A stretch of 64,000 nucleotides of DNA from Candidatus Woesearchaeota archaeon (GTDB lineage Archaea > Nanobdellota > Nanobdellia > SCGC-AAA011-G17 > JAGVZY01). The stretch covers positions 11,191-75,190 of the forward strand of contig JAGVZY010000012.1 of assembly GCA_018302225.1 (NCBI GenBank), written 5' to 3'. This document shows positions 18,960 to 28,318 of the stretch, in pieces. A model generated the notes under the pieces. That model did no database searches. It saw only the letters and a list, made by a program, of their open reading frames with translations, and had not been told where the DNA came from. Position numbers and translations under genes: made by a program. The stretch's first letter is position 1. Each line of letters begins with the position of its first letter.

Positions 18960-19247
18960 TTAAATCACCTTAGGACCCTTGAAATGAGAGTCTTTTTTGT
19001 GTTCTGTTAATGAGAATATTTCTTCTTTTGTTAATGAAGACTCTGGAATGTCTTCTCTTAGAGCATTTTTAATTTTAATTGGATGAAAAGAAGGCTCAAC
19101 ATTTTTAGTGCTGACAGAATCTAATTCTTTAAAATAAGATAATATTTCTTCCAATTGAGGAAGAAATTCTTTTATTTCTGCGTCAGATAAATCTAACATA
19201 GCATTCTTTGCTATTTTTTTCATCAACTCTTTATTTATCTGAGACAT
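18960..19247 (-). CDS. gatC: Asp/Glu-tRNA amidotransferase subunit C
   Basis: 95 aa. It sits between aspS and gatA with contiguous or overlapping boundaries. Confidence 0.75.
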   Translation of the reverse strand: MSQINKELMKKIAKNAMLDLSDAEIKEFLPQLEEILSYFKELDSVSTKNVEPSFHPIKIKNALREDIPESSLTKEEIFSLTEHKKDSHFKGPKVI

Positions 19248-21051
19248 CTTTTTTAAGATCTATCTTTTTAGATAAATCTAGTTTTAAATGAAGTTCTTTC
19301 AATTGTTTTTCAGTAACTTCTGAAGGTGAGCCCACCATTAATTCTTGAGCTTTTTTGTTCATAGGGAACATAATAACTTCTCTAATGTTGGGTTCTTCTG
19401 CAAATATCATTACTAATCTATCTACACCTGGAGCTATACCGCCATGTGGGGGTGCTCCGAATGAGAATGCGTTAAGCATATGTCCAAATTTGTCTTCTAG
19501 ACTTTTTTTGCTATATCCTGCAATCTCAAATGCTTTGTACATAATATCTGGACGATGATTTCTAATTGCACCACTAGATAATTCTATACCATTGCATACA
19601 ATATCATATTGATATGCTAAAATTCCTAAAGGATCTTTGTTGTTTAAAGAGTCTAATCCACCTTGTGGCATTGAGAATGGATTGTGTGAAAAGTCTATTT
19701 TTTGTTCTTCTTCATTAAATTCAAACATAGGGAAATCAACAACCCAACAATAAGCTAAAATATCTTTTGGAATAATATTTTTTTCATTAGCTAGGAAAGT
19801 TCTTACTTGTCCAATTATTTTACAAGTTTCAAGCCATTTTCCTGCAGAGATAAATACTGCATCCCCATTTTTAAGTTTTGAAGCTAATTTTTTATTTTCA
19901 TCTTCAGATAAGAATTTTGAAATTGGACTTTTTAGTATATTATCTTTATAAGTTGCATAGATTATTCCTTTTGCACCTAATTCTTTAACGAAATTTTCAA
20001 CTTTTTCAAAGAATGATCTTGGTTCATCTGCAGAGTTTTCTAAAACAACTGCTTTTATACAATGTCCTTTTTTTGTATTTTCTGCAAGAACTTTAAAATT
20101 AGACTTTGGGAAGATATCCGTTATATCCTGAATTTTCATATCATATCTAATATCTGGTTTATCTGTTCCATAATTATTCATGGCATCTGTGAATGTAATT
20201 CTTGGGAAGGGGAATTTTAATATTTTTCTTTTTGAGAATATTCTTGTTAAGTGTTCTAACAAACCTTCAATTATTTTAAACAAATCATTTTGTTCTATAA
20301 ATGACATCTCTATATCTAATTGATAAAACTCTCCAGGGCTTCTATCTGCACGAGCATCTTCATCTCTAAAGCAAGGTGCAATCTGGAAGTATTTATCAAA
20401 TCCTGAGCACATAATTAATTGTTTATATTGTTGGGGTGCTTGAGGTAGAGCATAGAATTTTCCAGGGTGAATTCTGCTTGGAACTAAGTAGTCTCTTGCT
20501 CCTTCTGGTGAGCTTACTGTTAGAATAGGAGTTTGGAATTCTGTAAAACCTGCATTAATCATGTATTTTCTCATCTCTGCAATAACTTTAGATCTTAAAA
20601 TAATATTTTTGTGTAATCTATCATTTCTTAAATCGATAAATCTATATTTTAAACGGAGCTCTTCAGCAATTTCAGTTTTTCCTGTTAATGAATATGGTAA
20701 TTCAGGAACAATAGAATCAATAGTTAAATGAGTACATTTAATTTCTATTTCTCCTGTAGGAATGTCTTTGTTTTCTGTTCCTTTGGGTCTGGCAGTTACT
20801 GTGCCTTCTATAAATACTATTGATTCAGGTTTGAGTTTAGAAGCACTTTCAAATATTCTTTTATCTTTTTTAGGATCAAAGACTATCTGAGTTATACCGT
20901 AATTATCCCATAAATCTATAAATATTAAGCCACCATGATCACGAATCCTTCTTACCCAACCCGATAATTTAACTTTTTGGTCAATATCTGATTTTTTTAA
21001 ATCATTGCAAGTATGTGTTCTGTAATGCGTTTCAAACGCCATTTTTCTCAC
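19231..21051 (-). CDS. aspS: aspartyl-tRNA synthetase, bacterial-length type with insertion domain (likely non-discriminating)
   Basis: 606 aa. It has FRDEDARADRSPGEFYQLDIEMSF and GGIAPGVDRLVM class II motifs. The length is consistent with a GAD insertion. Confidence 0.9.
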   Translation of the reverse strand: MRKMAFETHYRTHTCNDLKKSDIDQKVKLSGWVRRIRDHGGLIFIDLWDNYGITQIVFDPKKDKRIFESASKLKPESIVFIEGTVTARPKGTENKDIPTGEIEIKCTHLTIDSIVPELPYSLTGKTEIAEELRLKYRFIDLRNDRLHKNIILRSKVIAEMRKYMINAGFTEFQTPILTVSSPEGARDYLVPSRIHPGKFYALPQAPQQYKQLIMCSGFDKYFQIAPCFRDEDARADRSPGEFYQLDIEMSFIEQNDLFKIIEGLLEHLTRIFSKRKILKFPFPRITFTDAMNNYGTDKPDIRYDMKIQDITDIFPKSNFKVLAENTKKGHCIKAVVLENSADEPRSFFEKVENFVKELGAKGIIYATYKDNILKSPISKFLSEDENKKLASKLKNGDAVFISAGKWLETCKIIGQVRTFLANEKNIIPKDILAYCWVVDFPMFEFNEEEQKIDFSHNPFSMPQGGLDSLNNKDPLGILAYQYDIVCNGIELSSGAIRNHRPDIMYKAFEIAGYSKKSLEDKFGHMLNAFSFGAPPHGGIAPGVDRLVMIFAEEPNIREVIMFPMNKKAQELMVGSPSEVTEKQLKELHLKLDLSKKIDLKKDVSDK

Positions 21052-21613
21052 CTAATTTTCTTAATTTTAATTCATAGATAATATTTTCAATTTTATTTAA
21101 ATTCCATTTTATTGAATCTGATTTTTTTCTTAATTCTCCATTTGCAAAATTAAAATTTAAGAATTGTCTATAAATTAAATCTATAAATTCTTGTATTAAA
21201 TAAACTTCTTTATAATTTTCATCAATTACAGATTTTACTGCTTTTCTTATTAATTCTCCTGTTAGATCACAAATTCCGAGTAAATATTCTTCAATACCAA
21301 CTTCTGTTTCTTTTAGTGTAATTAATCTTTTTTCTTTTATAAAAATATAAAATGCAATTGCTTCTACATATTCTTGTAATGCCACTTTATAGATAGATGA
21401 GAATTCTAAGGCACCTTTTGTTTTTTTTAGATCTTTTACTTGTGCTTTAATTTCTTTTATTTGAGATTCTTGAGTATCTCCTTTAATTAAAGAATATATT
21501 ATTTTTTTTGAAGTTTGTATTATTTTATGGGCCTTTTGAATAATCTTCTCACGTTCTTCGTTGTAAGAATCAATCTCTTTCTTTATAGACTCAAATTCCT
21601 TTTGTTTAAGCAT
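21032..21613 (-). CDS. translin-family protein
   Basis: 193 aa all-helical protein with similarity to archaeal translin (LITLKETEVGIEEYLLGICDLTGEL). Confidence 0.45.
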   Translation of the reverse strand: MLKQKEFESIKKEIDSYNEEREKIIQKAHKIIQTSKKIIYSLIKGDTQESQIKEIKAQVKDLKKTKGALEFSSIYKVALQEYVEAIAFYIFIKEKRLITLKETEVGIEEYLLGICDLTGELIRKAVKSVIDENYKEVYLIQEFIDLIYRQFLNFNFANGELRKKSDSIKWNLNKIENIIYELKLRKLGEKNGV

Positions 21614-21708
21614 TTTTAATCTTATCTTCTTTTATAACTTACTTTTAAATACTTTTCGTAATAAACTAGTCAAAAACTATTTAAATGAGGTATTGTTTTT
21701 AAAACCTA

Positions 21709-23340
21709 ATGTTTACTAATATAAGAACTGCATATAGAGATTTAAGGCGTTTAAGACAAATTGTAGGTGTACTTCTAAAGAATGAGTTAGGTTATTATGT
21801 GGAAAAGATGCAGTTAAAGCATCATGTTCCTGGGAGGATGAGGACTTATAAGACCGATAAACCTAATTCAATGCCTTATAGATTAAGAAATGCTTTTGAG
21901 GAGTTAGGCCCAGTATTTATTAAATTAGGACAATTTTTGAGTTTAAGACCTGATTTAATTCCTAAGGAATATTGTGATGAGTTTGCAAAATTGCAGGATT
22001 CTATTGAATCTTTTAGTTATGAAACTGCTTTGGAATTAATAGAAAAAGAATTAAAAAGGCCTTGGAATGAAGTTTTTTTACAAATTTCTAAACAACCAAT
22101 AGCTTCTGCTTCAATCGGGCAAGTTCATAAAGCAAGATTATTGAATGGAGAAATTGTTGTTATAAAAATTCAAAGGCCAGATATAAAAGAAGTAATTGAA
22201 ACTGATATAAATTTGATATATCATTTGGCTGAATTAGCAAAAAAACATATTTCTAATTTAAATGATTATGATTTAAATGCGATTGTTCAAGAGTTTGAAA
22301 GATATACAAATGATGAAATGAATTATTATATTGAAGCAAAAAATATTGAGAAGTTTTATCATAATTTTACAGGGAGTAAAACCATTAAGATTCCTAAATT
22401 ATATAATGATTATACTACCAAGAAAATTCTGGTGATGGAGTTTATAGACGGAATTAAAATTGATAATCTAGAACAATTTGATAAATTTGGTTATGATCGG
22501 CATGCTGTGTCTCATAATGTTGCACAAGCAATGCTTAAGCAAGTTTTTGAATATGGTTTGTTTCATGCAGATCCACATCCAGCAAATATTTTTGTATTGA
22601 ATGGAAATAAAATTGCATTTTTAGATTATGGTATTGTTGGAAGGATTTCTGAAGAAACCAAAGAAAAATTAGCACGGTTATTTTTGGCATTAGTTCATAA
22701 AAATATGGATAGAGTTGCAGATTCATTCTTACAATTAGGGATAATGGAACAGGAAAATCCTAGGATAAAAGAGGCGTTACTATTGGTTTTAGAGGATTAT
22801 GGGAGTTTAGCTATAAAAGAGGTTAAGATTGGAAATCTCTTTAATGAACTAGTAAATATGTCTTGGAAATATAAACTTAAATTACCTGTTGATTTTGTTT
22901 TGTTAGCAAAAGCAATTGCAACCAGTGAAGGATTTGGCCAGAAATTAGATCCTGATTTTAAATTAGGCGCTGAAATGTCAGAATATGCGAGAGAATATAT
23001 AGACAGAAATGGTATGACTTATAGATTCAAGAAATTAAAGGATACACTTAACAAACTTGGAGATAATATAATTATATTGCCTGATAGAATTGATAAATTA
23101 TTATCTAAAGCTGAAAAAGGAGAAATTAAAATTGACGTTAATGATAGAGATGTTAAAAAACTTGGAACCGACATTAATACCAGTAGCAATAGATTGACTA
23201 TGGGTTTAATAATTGCCGCCTTGATTATTGGTGGGGCCTTGGTTTTAAGAATGGGTGATTATGATATATTTGCATATTTTGCATTTTTAATGGCCGGAGT
23301 TTTAGGGTTACTATTAATTATATCTGTAATAAGAGAATAA
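21709..23340 (+). CDS. ABC1/UbiB-family atypical kinase with a C-terminal TM anchor
   Basis: Has IASASIGQVHKA, HADPHPANI and FLDYG motifs, plus C-terminal hydrophobic helices. Confidence 0.85.
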   Translation: MFTNIRTAYRDLRRLRQIVGVLLKNELGYYVEKMQLKHHVPGRMRTYKTDKPNSMPYRLRNAFEELGPVFIKLGQFLSLRPDLIPKEYCDEFAKLQDSIESFSYETALELIEKELKRPWNEVFLQISKQPIASASIGQVHKARLLNGEIVVIKIQRPDIKEVIETDINLIYHLAELAKKHISNLNDYDLNAIVQEFERYTNDEMNYYIEAKNIEKFYHNFTGSKTIKIPKLYNDYTTKKILVMEFIDGIKIDNLEQFDKFGYDRHAVSHNVAQAMLKQVFEYGLFHADPHPANIFVLNGNKIAFLDYGIVGRISEETKEKLARLFLALVHKNMDRVADSFLQLGIMEQENPRIKEALLLVLEDYGSLAIKEVKIGNLFNELVNMSWKYKLKLPVDFVLLAKAIATSEGFGQKLDPDFKLGAEMSEYAREYIDRNGMTYRFKKLKDTLNKLGDNIIILPDRIDKLLSKAEKGEIKIDVNDRDVKKLGTDINTSSNRLTMGLIIAALIIGGALVLRMGDYDIFAYFAFLMAGVLGLLLIISVIRE

Positions 23341-23353
23341 GAGGTGAGCTATA

Positions 23354-23713
23354 ATGAGTGTTGAAACAAAAGTTAAGAAAGGAGTTTTACTCGGTTTAGG
23401 TATATTAGATTTAACCAAAGAAAAAACCGAGAAGTTGATTAAAGAGACTGCAAAGCAACAAGGTTTAAGTGTTAAAGAAGGAAGAAAATTAGTTGAATCA
23501 GTTTTAAGAAAAAATAAAAAACAAGGAAAAATAATTGCAGATGAGATTGAATCTAAGTTAAGTGTTATAGTAAGTAAGGCTTTAAGTTTAAGTAGACAAG
23601 AAATTGAGAAGATGGAAAGAAAATTAAATGAAAAAAGAGGTGTTAAAATGGGCTCTTGCAGTTGTTGTAAACCAAAATCAAAAAAGAAAGCTAAATCTAA
23701 AAAGAAGAAATAA
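23354..23713 (+). CDS. hypothetical coiled-coil protein with C-terminal CSCCKPKSKKKAKSKKKK tail
   Basis: ORF only. It is 14 nt downstream of the ABC1 kinase. Confidence 0.35.
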   Translation: MSVETKVKKGVLLGLGILDLTKEKTEKLIKETAKQQGLSVKEGRKLVESVLRKNKKQGKIIADEIESKLSVIVSKALSLSRQEIEKMERKLNEKRGVKMGSCSCCKPKSKKKAKSKKKK

Positions 23714-23715
23714 TT

Positions 23716-23934
23716 TTATTTTCTATGTCTTCTTATTTTTATTTTTTTAACTTTATCTGTTCCAATATTTTCTAGAATATAATTTTTAAGTTTTAGTTTT
23801 TTAGCCCAGGTATGTGCTTGTTCTTCTGTTCTAAATGCCTTTGGTTGGGTAAAGGGTTTTCTTTTTAAAAACCTTCTTGGTCTAAGTTTGTTTGTTTTAT
23901 ATTTTCTTTTTTCTCTCGTATGTATTTTAGGCAT
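23716..23934 (-). CDS. 72-aa highly basic protein (possible nucleic-acid binding)
   Basis: Rich in K and R. No family was recognised. Confidence 0.35.
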   Translation of the reverse strand: MPKIHTREKRKYKTNKLRPRRFLKRKPFTQPKAFRTEEQAHTWAKKLKLKNYILENIGTDKVKKIKIRRHRK

Positions 23935-23982
23935 ATAACTTAGGATTAAGAAGACTTTTATAAAGCTTTCTCTTTTTGGTTA

Positions 23983-24079
23983 AGTCAACTAAAGGGCGTT
24001 AGAAATATCAGGTTTCTGATTTCAGCAATTGCAGGGCTATAAACAAATGGGAGATACAAATTGCGCCATTAAGTTGACT
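23983..24079. ncRNA. candidate structured RNA element (unclassified)
   Basis: GC content is locally elevated. A perfect 8-bp long-range stem (AGUCAACU at 23983-23990 with AGUUGACU at 24072-24079) is stacked on GGCG/CGCC. There is an internal AUCAG-GUUU-CUGAU hairpin. Confidence 0.2.
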
Positions 24080-24159
24080 GTGCCTTCTTTTTAAAGCACA
24101 TTAAACCCTTAAATAACCTTTGAGTTAAGTTTTTAAAGTAGGATGTCTTTGTTTGTTAA

Positions 24160-24741
24160 ATGGAATATATCCCTTTTAAAAGGCAAATTACTCTAAATAG
24201 AGAGTTAAACAAACTTGATGAATTAACCTTAATTTTTACTCAGATTCTTAAAAAATATACGGGTTATGTTATTATTTCGGGTTATGTTTCTATTCTTCTT
24301 GGAAGAGCAAGAGCAACAGAGGATATAGATGTTTTTATCAAAAAATTAGATAAAAAAAAGTTTTTTGAATTGTGGGCAGAATTAGAAAATAAGAATTTTT
24401 GGTGTTTGAATACAGATGACGTTGATGAAGCATATGCTTATTTGATTGAGGGTTTAGGCATAAGATTTGCAGAGAAAAAAAATTCAATACCTAATTTTGA
24501 AGTTAAATTTTCTAAGAATCTATTAGAACAAAAAAATTTTGAAGATTTTATAAAAGTTAAACTTAAACAAGGTGAAGTAAATATTTCTTCTTTAGAAAGG
24601 CAGATTGCAATTAAAAAATATTATCTTAAGTCTGAAAAAGATATAGAAGATGCTTTACATATAGAAGAACTTTTTAAAGATAAGCTAGATTATAGTAAAA
24701 TTAATAAAATCAAGAGTGAAATAAGTATTATATTAAAATGA
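24160..24741 (+). CDS. hypothetical protein with possible nucleotidyltransferase-fold motif
   Basis: ISGYVSILLGRARATEDIDVFI resembles the hG[GS]-x(n)-DhD motif. Weak. Confidence 0.3.
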   Translation: MEYIPFKRQITLNRELNKLDELTLIFTQILKKYTGYVIISGYVSILLGRARATEDIDVFIKKLDKKKFFELWAELENKNFWCLNTDDVDEAYAYLIEGLGIRFAEKKNSIPNFEVKFSKNLLEQKNFEDFIKVKLKQGEVNISSLERQIAIKKYYLKSEKDIEDALHIEELFKDKLDYSKINKIKSEISIILK

Positions 24742-24895
24742 ATAAAACTAAATTTATGAAACCGGGAAAGAACAATTTTGAAGATAGGCTTAATTTTATT
24801 AAATTCTGGGTTCAACAAATAAAGGATAGTAAAGATGAGGAATGGAGTAAACAGCAAAATATTTTGATTAATTCTCAGTTTCCAAAGAATAAAAA

Positions 24896-25825
24896 TTAAT
24901 TCTGGTTTAATTTTTCTTTAACACTTCCGAGTATAATTGGAAGAGCTATAGTTGCATCACAAATAACATCTACAAATTTGCCTTGAGAATTCATTTTACC
25001 CCAACTTATGCCTTCTCTTAGTTCTGCACCTGAGCTTCCACCTGGTTCAGGATGGTCTGTTGTAATTTGAATACCATAGTCTGCACCTTTTCCAGAGAAT
25101 TGTAATGACTGTTGAATATAATTTTTAGGAACTCCACCACCTACATAGATAATTCCTTTCTTTTTTGCAGTCCAAGAAATATCAATTATTTCTTTTAAAT
25201 CGTCAAAAGTATCAACTTTGAGTTTCATTCCTGCACATAGTCTTCCCCAAATCATTAAACCAATTCCAGAGTCTGAGATTGCAGGGCAAAAAATAGGAAT
25301 TTTATTTTTATAACAAGTGTATAAAATTGAATTTTCATCTTTTATCTCACTTCCAACTAACCATAAAAATTCTTTTATGTTTAATTCTTTATTGTTGTAT
25401 TTCTTTGAGAATTTAATAAAAAAATCTTCTAATTTTTCATAAGCCGCATTGGGCATAAAACTTTCGTAAATTCTATCAATCCCTTTTTTTAATAATTTAG
25501 AGTCATCAACATCTTTTGATCCTTGAAAATGTGAATAGCCTAATGCTTCAATTAAATCATGAGTTAAAGTTGCACCCGTAGTTACAAAAACTGAGACTTT
25601 TAAAGTTTTTAGGGTATCTATAATAATATTTTTCATTCCACCTGGAACCATAGGGCCGGCAATACCTAAGAATATTTTACACTCTTTGTCTTTAGCCATT
25701 TGATACATAATATCAGAGGCTTTTCCAATTCTTCCTGCACCAAAAACACCTAGTTCTGAGAATTCTTTTGTAAGTTCTCTTAGAGAGGTTTTGTTTTTTA
25801 GTGAAATTTGTTTTACCTTTTGCAT
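24896..25825 (-). CDS. dys: deoxyhypusine synthase
   Basis: Has GIAGPMVPGGMKNIIIDTLK and the DHS fold throughout. The start was moved to Met25 of the track ORF to remove the overlap with pdaD. Confidence 0.8.
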   Translation of the reverse strand: MQKVKQISLKNKTSLRELTKEFSELGVFGAGRIGKASDIMYQMAKDKECKIFLGIAGPMVPGGMKNIIIDTLKTLKVSVFVTTGATLTHDLIEALGYSHFQGSKDVDDSKLLKKGIDRIYESFMPNAAYEKLEDFFIKFSKKYNNKELNIKEFLWLVGSEIKDENSILYTCYKNKIPIFCPAISDSGIGLMIWGRLCAGMKLKVDTFDDLKEIIDISWTAKKKGIIYVGGGVPKNYIQQSLQFSGKGADYGIQITTDHPEPGGSSGAELREGISWGKMNSQGKFVDVICDATIALPIILGSVKEKLNQN

Positions 25826-25857
25826 TTTTTGTAAGAAATATAGATTAATATAAAAAA

Positions 25858-26403
25858 CTATGGTACAAAGACTGCTACTGCTATTACAGTTGTCCAAAGA
25901 CCATTTTTGTCTCCTATTGCAGTTTGAGTAACATTTCTGGATCTAACTATTTTTCCACTCATTTTATATAATTGTTCACGTTCATCCCAAGTTGCATTTG
26001 CATCAAATTCTACACCTAAGGTTGAAGCTAACATAGATGCAGCTAAATCCTCAGAATAATCACTTACTTTGTTTTCAGTTTCTCCAAATGAATGATGCTC
26101 GCTTAGATAACCGTAATTATTTTCAGAATCTGCAGGAACTGCACATCCAATAGATGATGTAATAAGTCTGTTTGGCTCATTATCGGCATTTCTTGCCATA
26201 ACACAAAATACAATTTCTCCAGCTTTTAATTGTTTTAAACCTTCTTCTTTACTTATTATTTTACATCCTGGAGGCAATATACTAGAAACAGTAACTAGAT
26301 TAAATTTTTCTATGCCTGCATCTCTAAGTGCTTGTTCAAAAGAATGTAATCTTTCTTTGTGTTTTCCTACGCCTTTAGTAAAAAATACTTTTGTTGGAAT
26401 CAT
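25858..26403 (-). CDS. pdaD: pyruvoyl-dependent arginine decarboxylase (PdaD)
   Basis: Has TKGVGKH...[12 protein letters not shown] with the Ser-Ser self-cleavage site. The start was moved to the internal Met (MIPTKVFF). Confidence 0.85.
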   Translation of the reverse strand: MIPTKVFFTKGVGKHKERLHSFEQALRDAGIEKFNLVTVSSILPPGCKIISKEEGLKQLKAGEIVFCVMARNADNEPNRLITSSIGCAVPADSENNYGYLSEHHSFGETENKVSDYSEDLAASMLASTLGVEFDANATWDEREQLYKMSGKIVRSRNVTQTAIGDKNGLWTTVIAVAVFVP

Positions 26404-26468
26404 TTCAGTGCAAGCTTTTAGAAATAACAAACTATTTATAAATATTTTCATTTAGTCTTTAAATTAAG

Positions 26469-27290
26469 ATGAAAAAAGAAGTTGAAGTTATGGATATTTT
26501 AGTAAGATATTCTGAGATAGGTTTGAAAGGTAAAAATAGAGGTAATTTTGAGAATCGGTTGGTGGATAATTTAAGAAGTTGTTTAAGAGATATCAAGGCT
26601 GATTTTAAGATTATTTTAAGACCAAGAGGAAGAATAATAATAAGGGGGGTTTTAGAAGCTGAAGTTGTTGTAAGAAAATTAACAAGAATTTTTGGTATTA
26701 TTTCTTTAAGTCCTGCGTTTAGGATTGAGACAAATTTTAATAAAATTAGTCAGAAGGCTTTAGAAATTTATGGGTCTAAGATTCCGAAAACATTTAGAAT
26801 AACTACTCAAAGACTGAATAAAGAATTTGAATATAATTCTCATGAGTTAAACTGTGAAGTTGGTGGAGTTATTTTCGATAAGTACAAAAATGCTAAAGTT
26901 TCTTTAGAAAAACCTGATTTAGATATTGGCATTGAAATAATAAGTGATGAAGCTTATTTATTTACTGAAAGGATTGAAGGATTGGGTGGATTGCCTGTTG
27001 CAACGCAAGGAGTTGTTAGATTGGATTTTAAAACCAAGGAAGATTTAGTTGCAGGATTTTTGATGTTCAAGCGCGGATGCAGTATTTATAGTGTTGGAAA
27101 AATTCCTTCTTTAATAAAAAATTTTTCTTATGGAAATACTTTTAGTTCAAATACTTTAAAATCTAAAGTAGTTGCAAATATTAATTCTGGAGATATTGAA
27201 AAATTGTGTAAATGTGATACTCTGTTTCCTTTAATAGGTTATACTAAAAAAGAGATTAATAAAATTTATAAATTGATGGAGAAAATATGA
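26469..27290 (+). CDS. ThiI-like THUMP-domain protein lacking a canonical PP-loop (truncated, probably non-adenylating)
   Basis: The N-terminus has the ThiI-like YSEIGLKGKNRGNFE. Where SGGxDS is expected, the sequence is RLDFKTKED. At 273 aa it is shorter than ThiI. Confidence 0.55.
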   Translation: MKKEVEVMDILVRYSEIGLKGKNRGNFENRLVDNLRSCLRDIKADFKIILRPRGRIIIRGVLEAEVVVRKLTRIFGIISLSPAFRIETNFNKISQKALEIYGSKIPKTFRITTQRLNKEFEYNSHELNCEVGGVIFDKYKNAKVSLEKPDLDIGIEIISDEAYLFTERIEGLGGLPVATQGVVRLDFKTKEDLVAGFLMFKRGCSIYSVGKIPSLIKNFSYGNTFSSNTLKSKVVANINSGDIEKLCKCDTLFPLIGYTKKEINKIYKLMEKI

Positions 27291-28303
27291 AAGTGTGTGT
27301 AATTACTTTTGGCTGTGCATTTAATAAAGCTGATTCTAAAAAAATTGAAGAGATATTATTTAAGAAGAATATAGAATTGGTTGATGAGAATAAAGCTGAA
27401 TTATTAATAATTAATACTTGTGGGGTTAAAAGAGCCACACATAATAGAATAATAAATTACCTCAAAGGATTAAAGAAAAAGGCTATTATAACTGGCTGTT
27501 TGGTTAAAATACTTAGGCTCCAAGGTTTGAATAAAAATTTAGTTATTGCTAAAGAAATCTCAGAGATTGATAAGCTCTTGAAAAAGGAAAAGTCTAAGAA
27601 AATCAAAAAATTAAAAGAAGATATAGGAATAATTCAAATTTCTCAAGGTTGTTTAAATAATTGTAATTATTGCGCAACAAAAATTGCGCGTGGAAATTTA
27701 AAATCTAAAACTATTTCAGAGATTTTAGGTGAAATTGATAGTAAAATAAAAAATGGTTGTCAAGAGATTTATTTAACTGCCCAGGATACAGGTTGTTATG
27801 GTTTTGATATTAAAACAAGTTTATCTGAATTATTAGAACAAATTTTAAAAGAATTTAATAGCCTAAATGTTAAGTTTAGATTAGGAATGGCTAATCCTAC
27901 TTATCTAAAAAAGAATTTAGGAGTTATAATTAAAGCTTTGAATTCTAGTTTATTTATGAAATTCTTACATATTCCAGTTCAGACTGGGTCTAATAAGGTT
28001 TTGAAAGAAATGGGTAGAGATTATAAAGTAAAAGATTTTGTTGAAATTGTTTCTCAAGTTAGAAATAAAGTTAAAGATGTAAGTGTTGCGACTGATATTA
28101 TTGTTGGATATCCTACTGAAACTGAAAAAGATTTTTTAGAAACTGTTAATTTATTAAAGAAATTAAAAATTGAAGTTGTTAACGTTTCTAAATATTCTAA
28201 AATGCCTGGAACTGTTGCGGGTGCGATGAAGCAATTATCTAGTCAAGATATTAAGAGAAGAAGTGTTGTGCTGCATAAATTAATTAAAGAATATAAAAAA
28301 TAA
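27287..28303 (+). CDS. radical-SAM methylthiotransferase (MiaB/MtaB-like, archaeal e-MtaB type)
   Basis: Has an MTTase N-terminal domain (VITFGCAFNKADS), a radical SAM CLNNCNYC motif, and a TRAM-like C-terminus. It overlaps the upstream gene by 4 nt. Confidence 0.85.
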   Translation: MKVCVITFGCAFNKADSKKIEEILFKKNIELVDENKAELLIINTCGVKRATHNRIINYLKGLKKKAIITGCLVKILRLQGLNKNLVIAKEISEIDKLLKKEKSKKIKKLKEDIGIIQISQGCLNNCNYCATKIARGNLKSKTISEILGEIDSKIKNGCQEIYLTAQDTGCYGFDIKTSLSELLEQILKEFNSLNVKFRLGMANPTYLKKNLGVIIKALNSSLFMKFLHIPVQTGSNKVLKEMGRDYKVKDFVEIVSQVRNKVKDVSVATDIIVGYPTETEKDFLETVNLLKKLKIEVVNVSKYSKMPGTVAGAMKQLSSQDIKRRSVVLHKLIKEYKK

Positions 28304-28318
28304 AGAAAATGTTAAGGC

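Noticed and set aside
23994-24068. A tRNA-like 75-nt segment (GGGCG...CGCCA) in the structured spacer
   Set aside because: A cloverleaf cannot be formed. There is no T-loop consensus and no proper D-arm.
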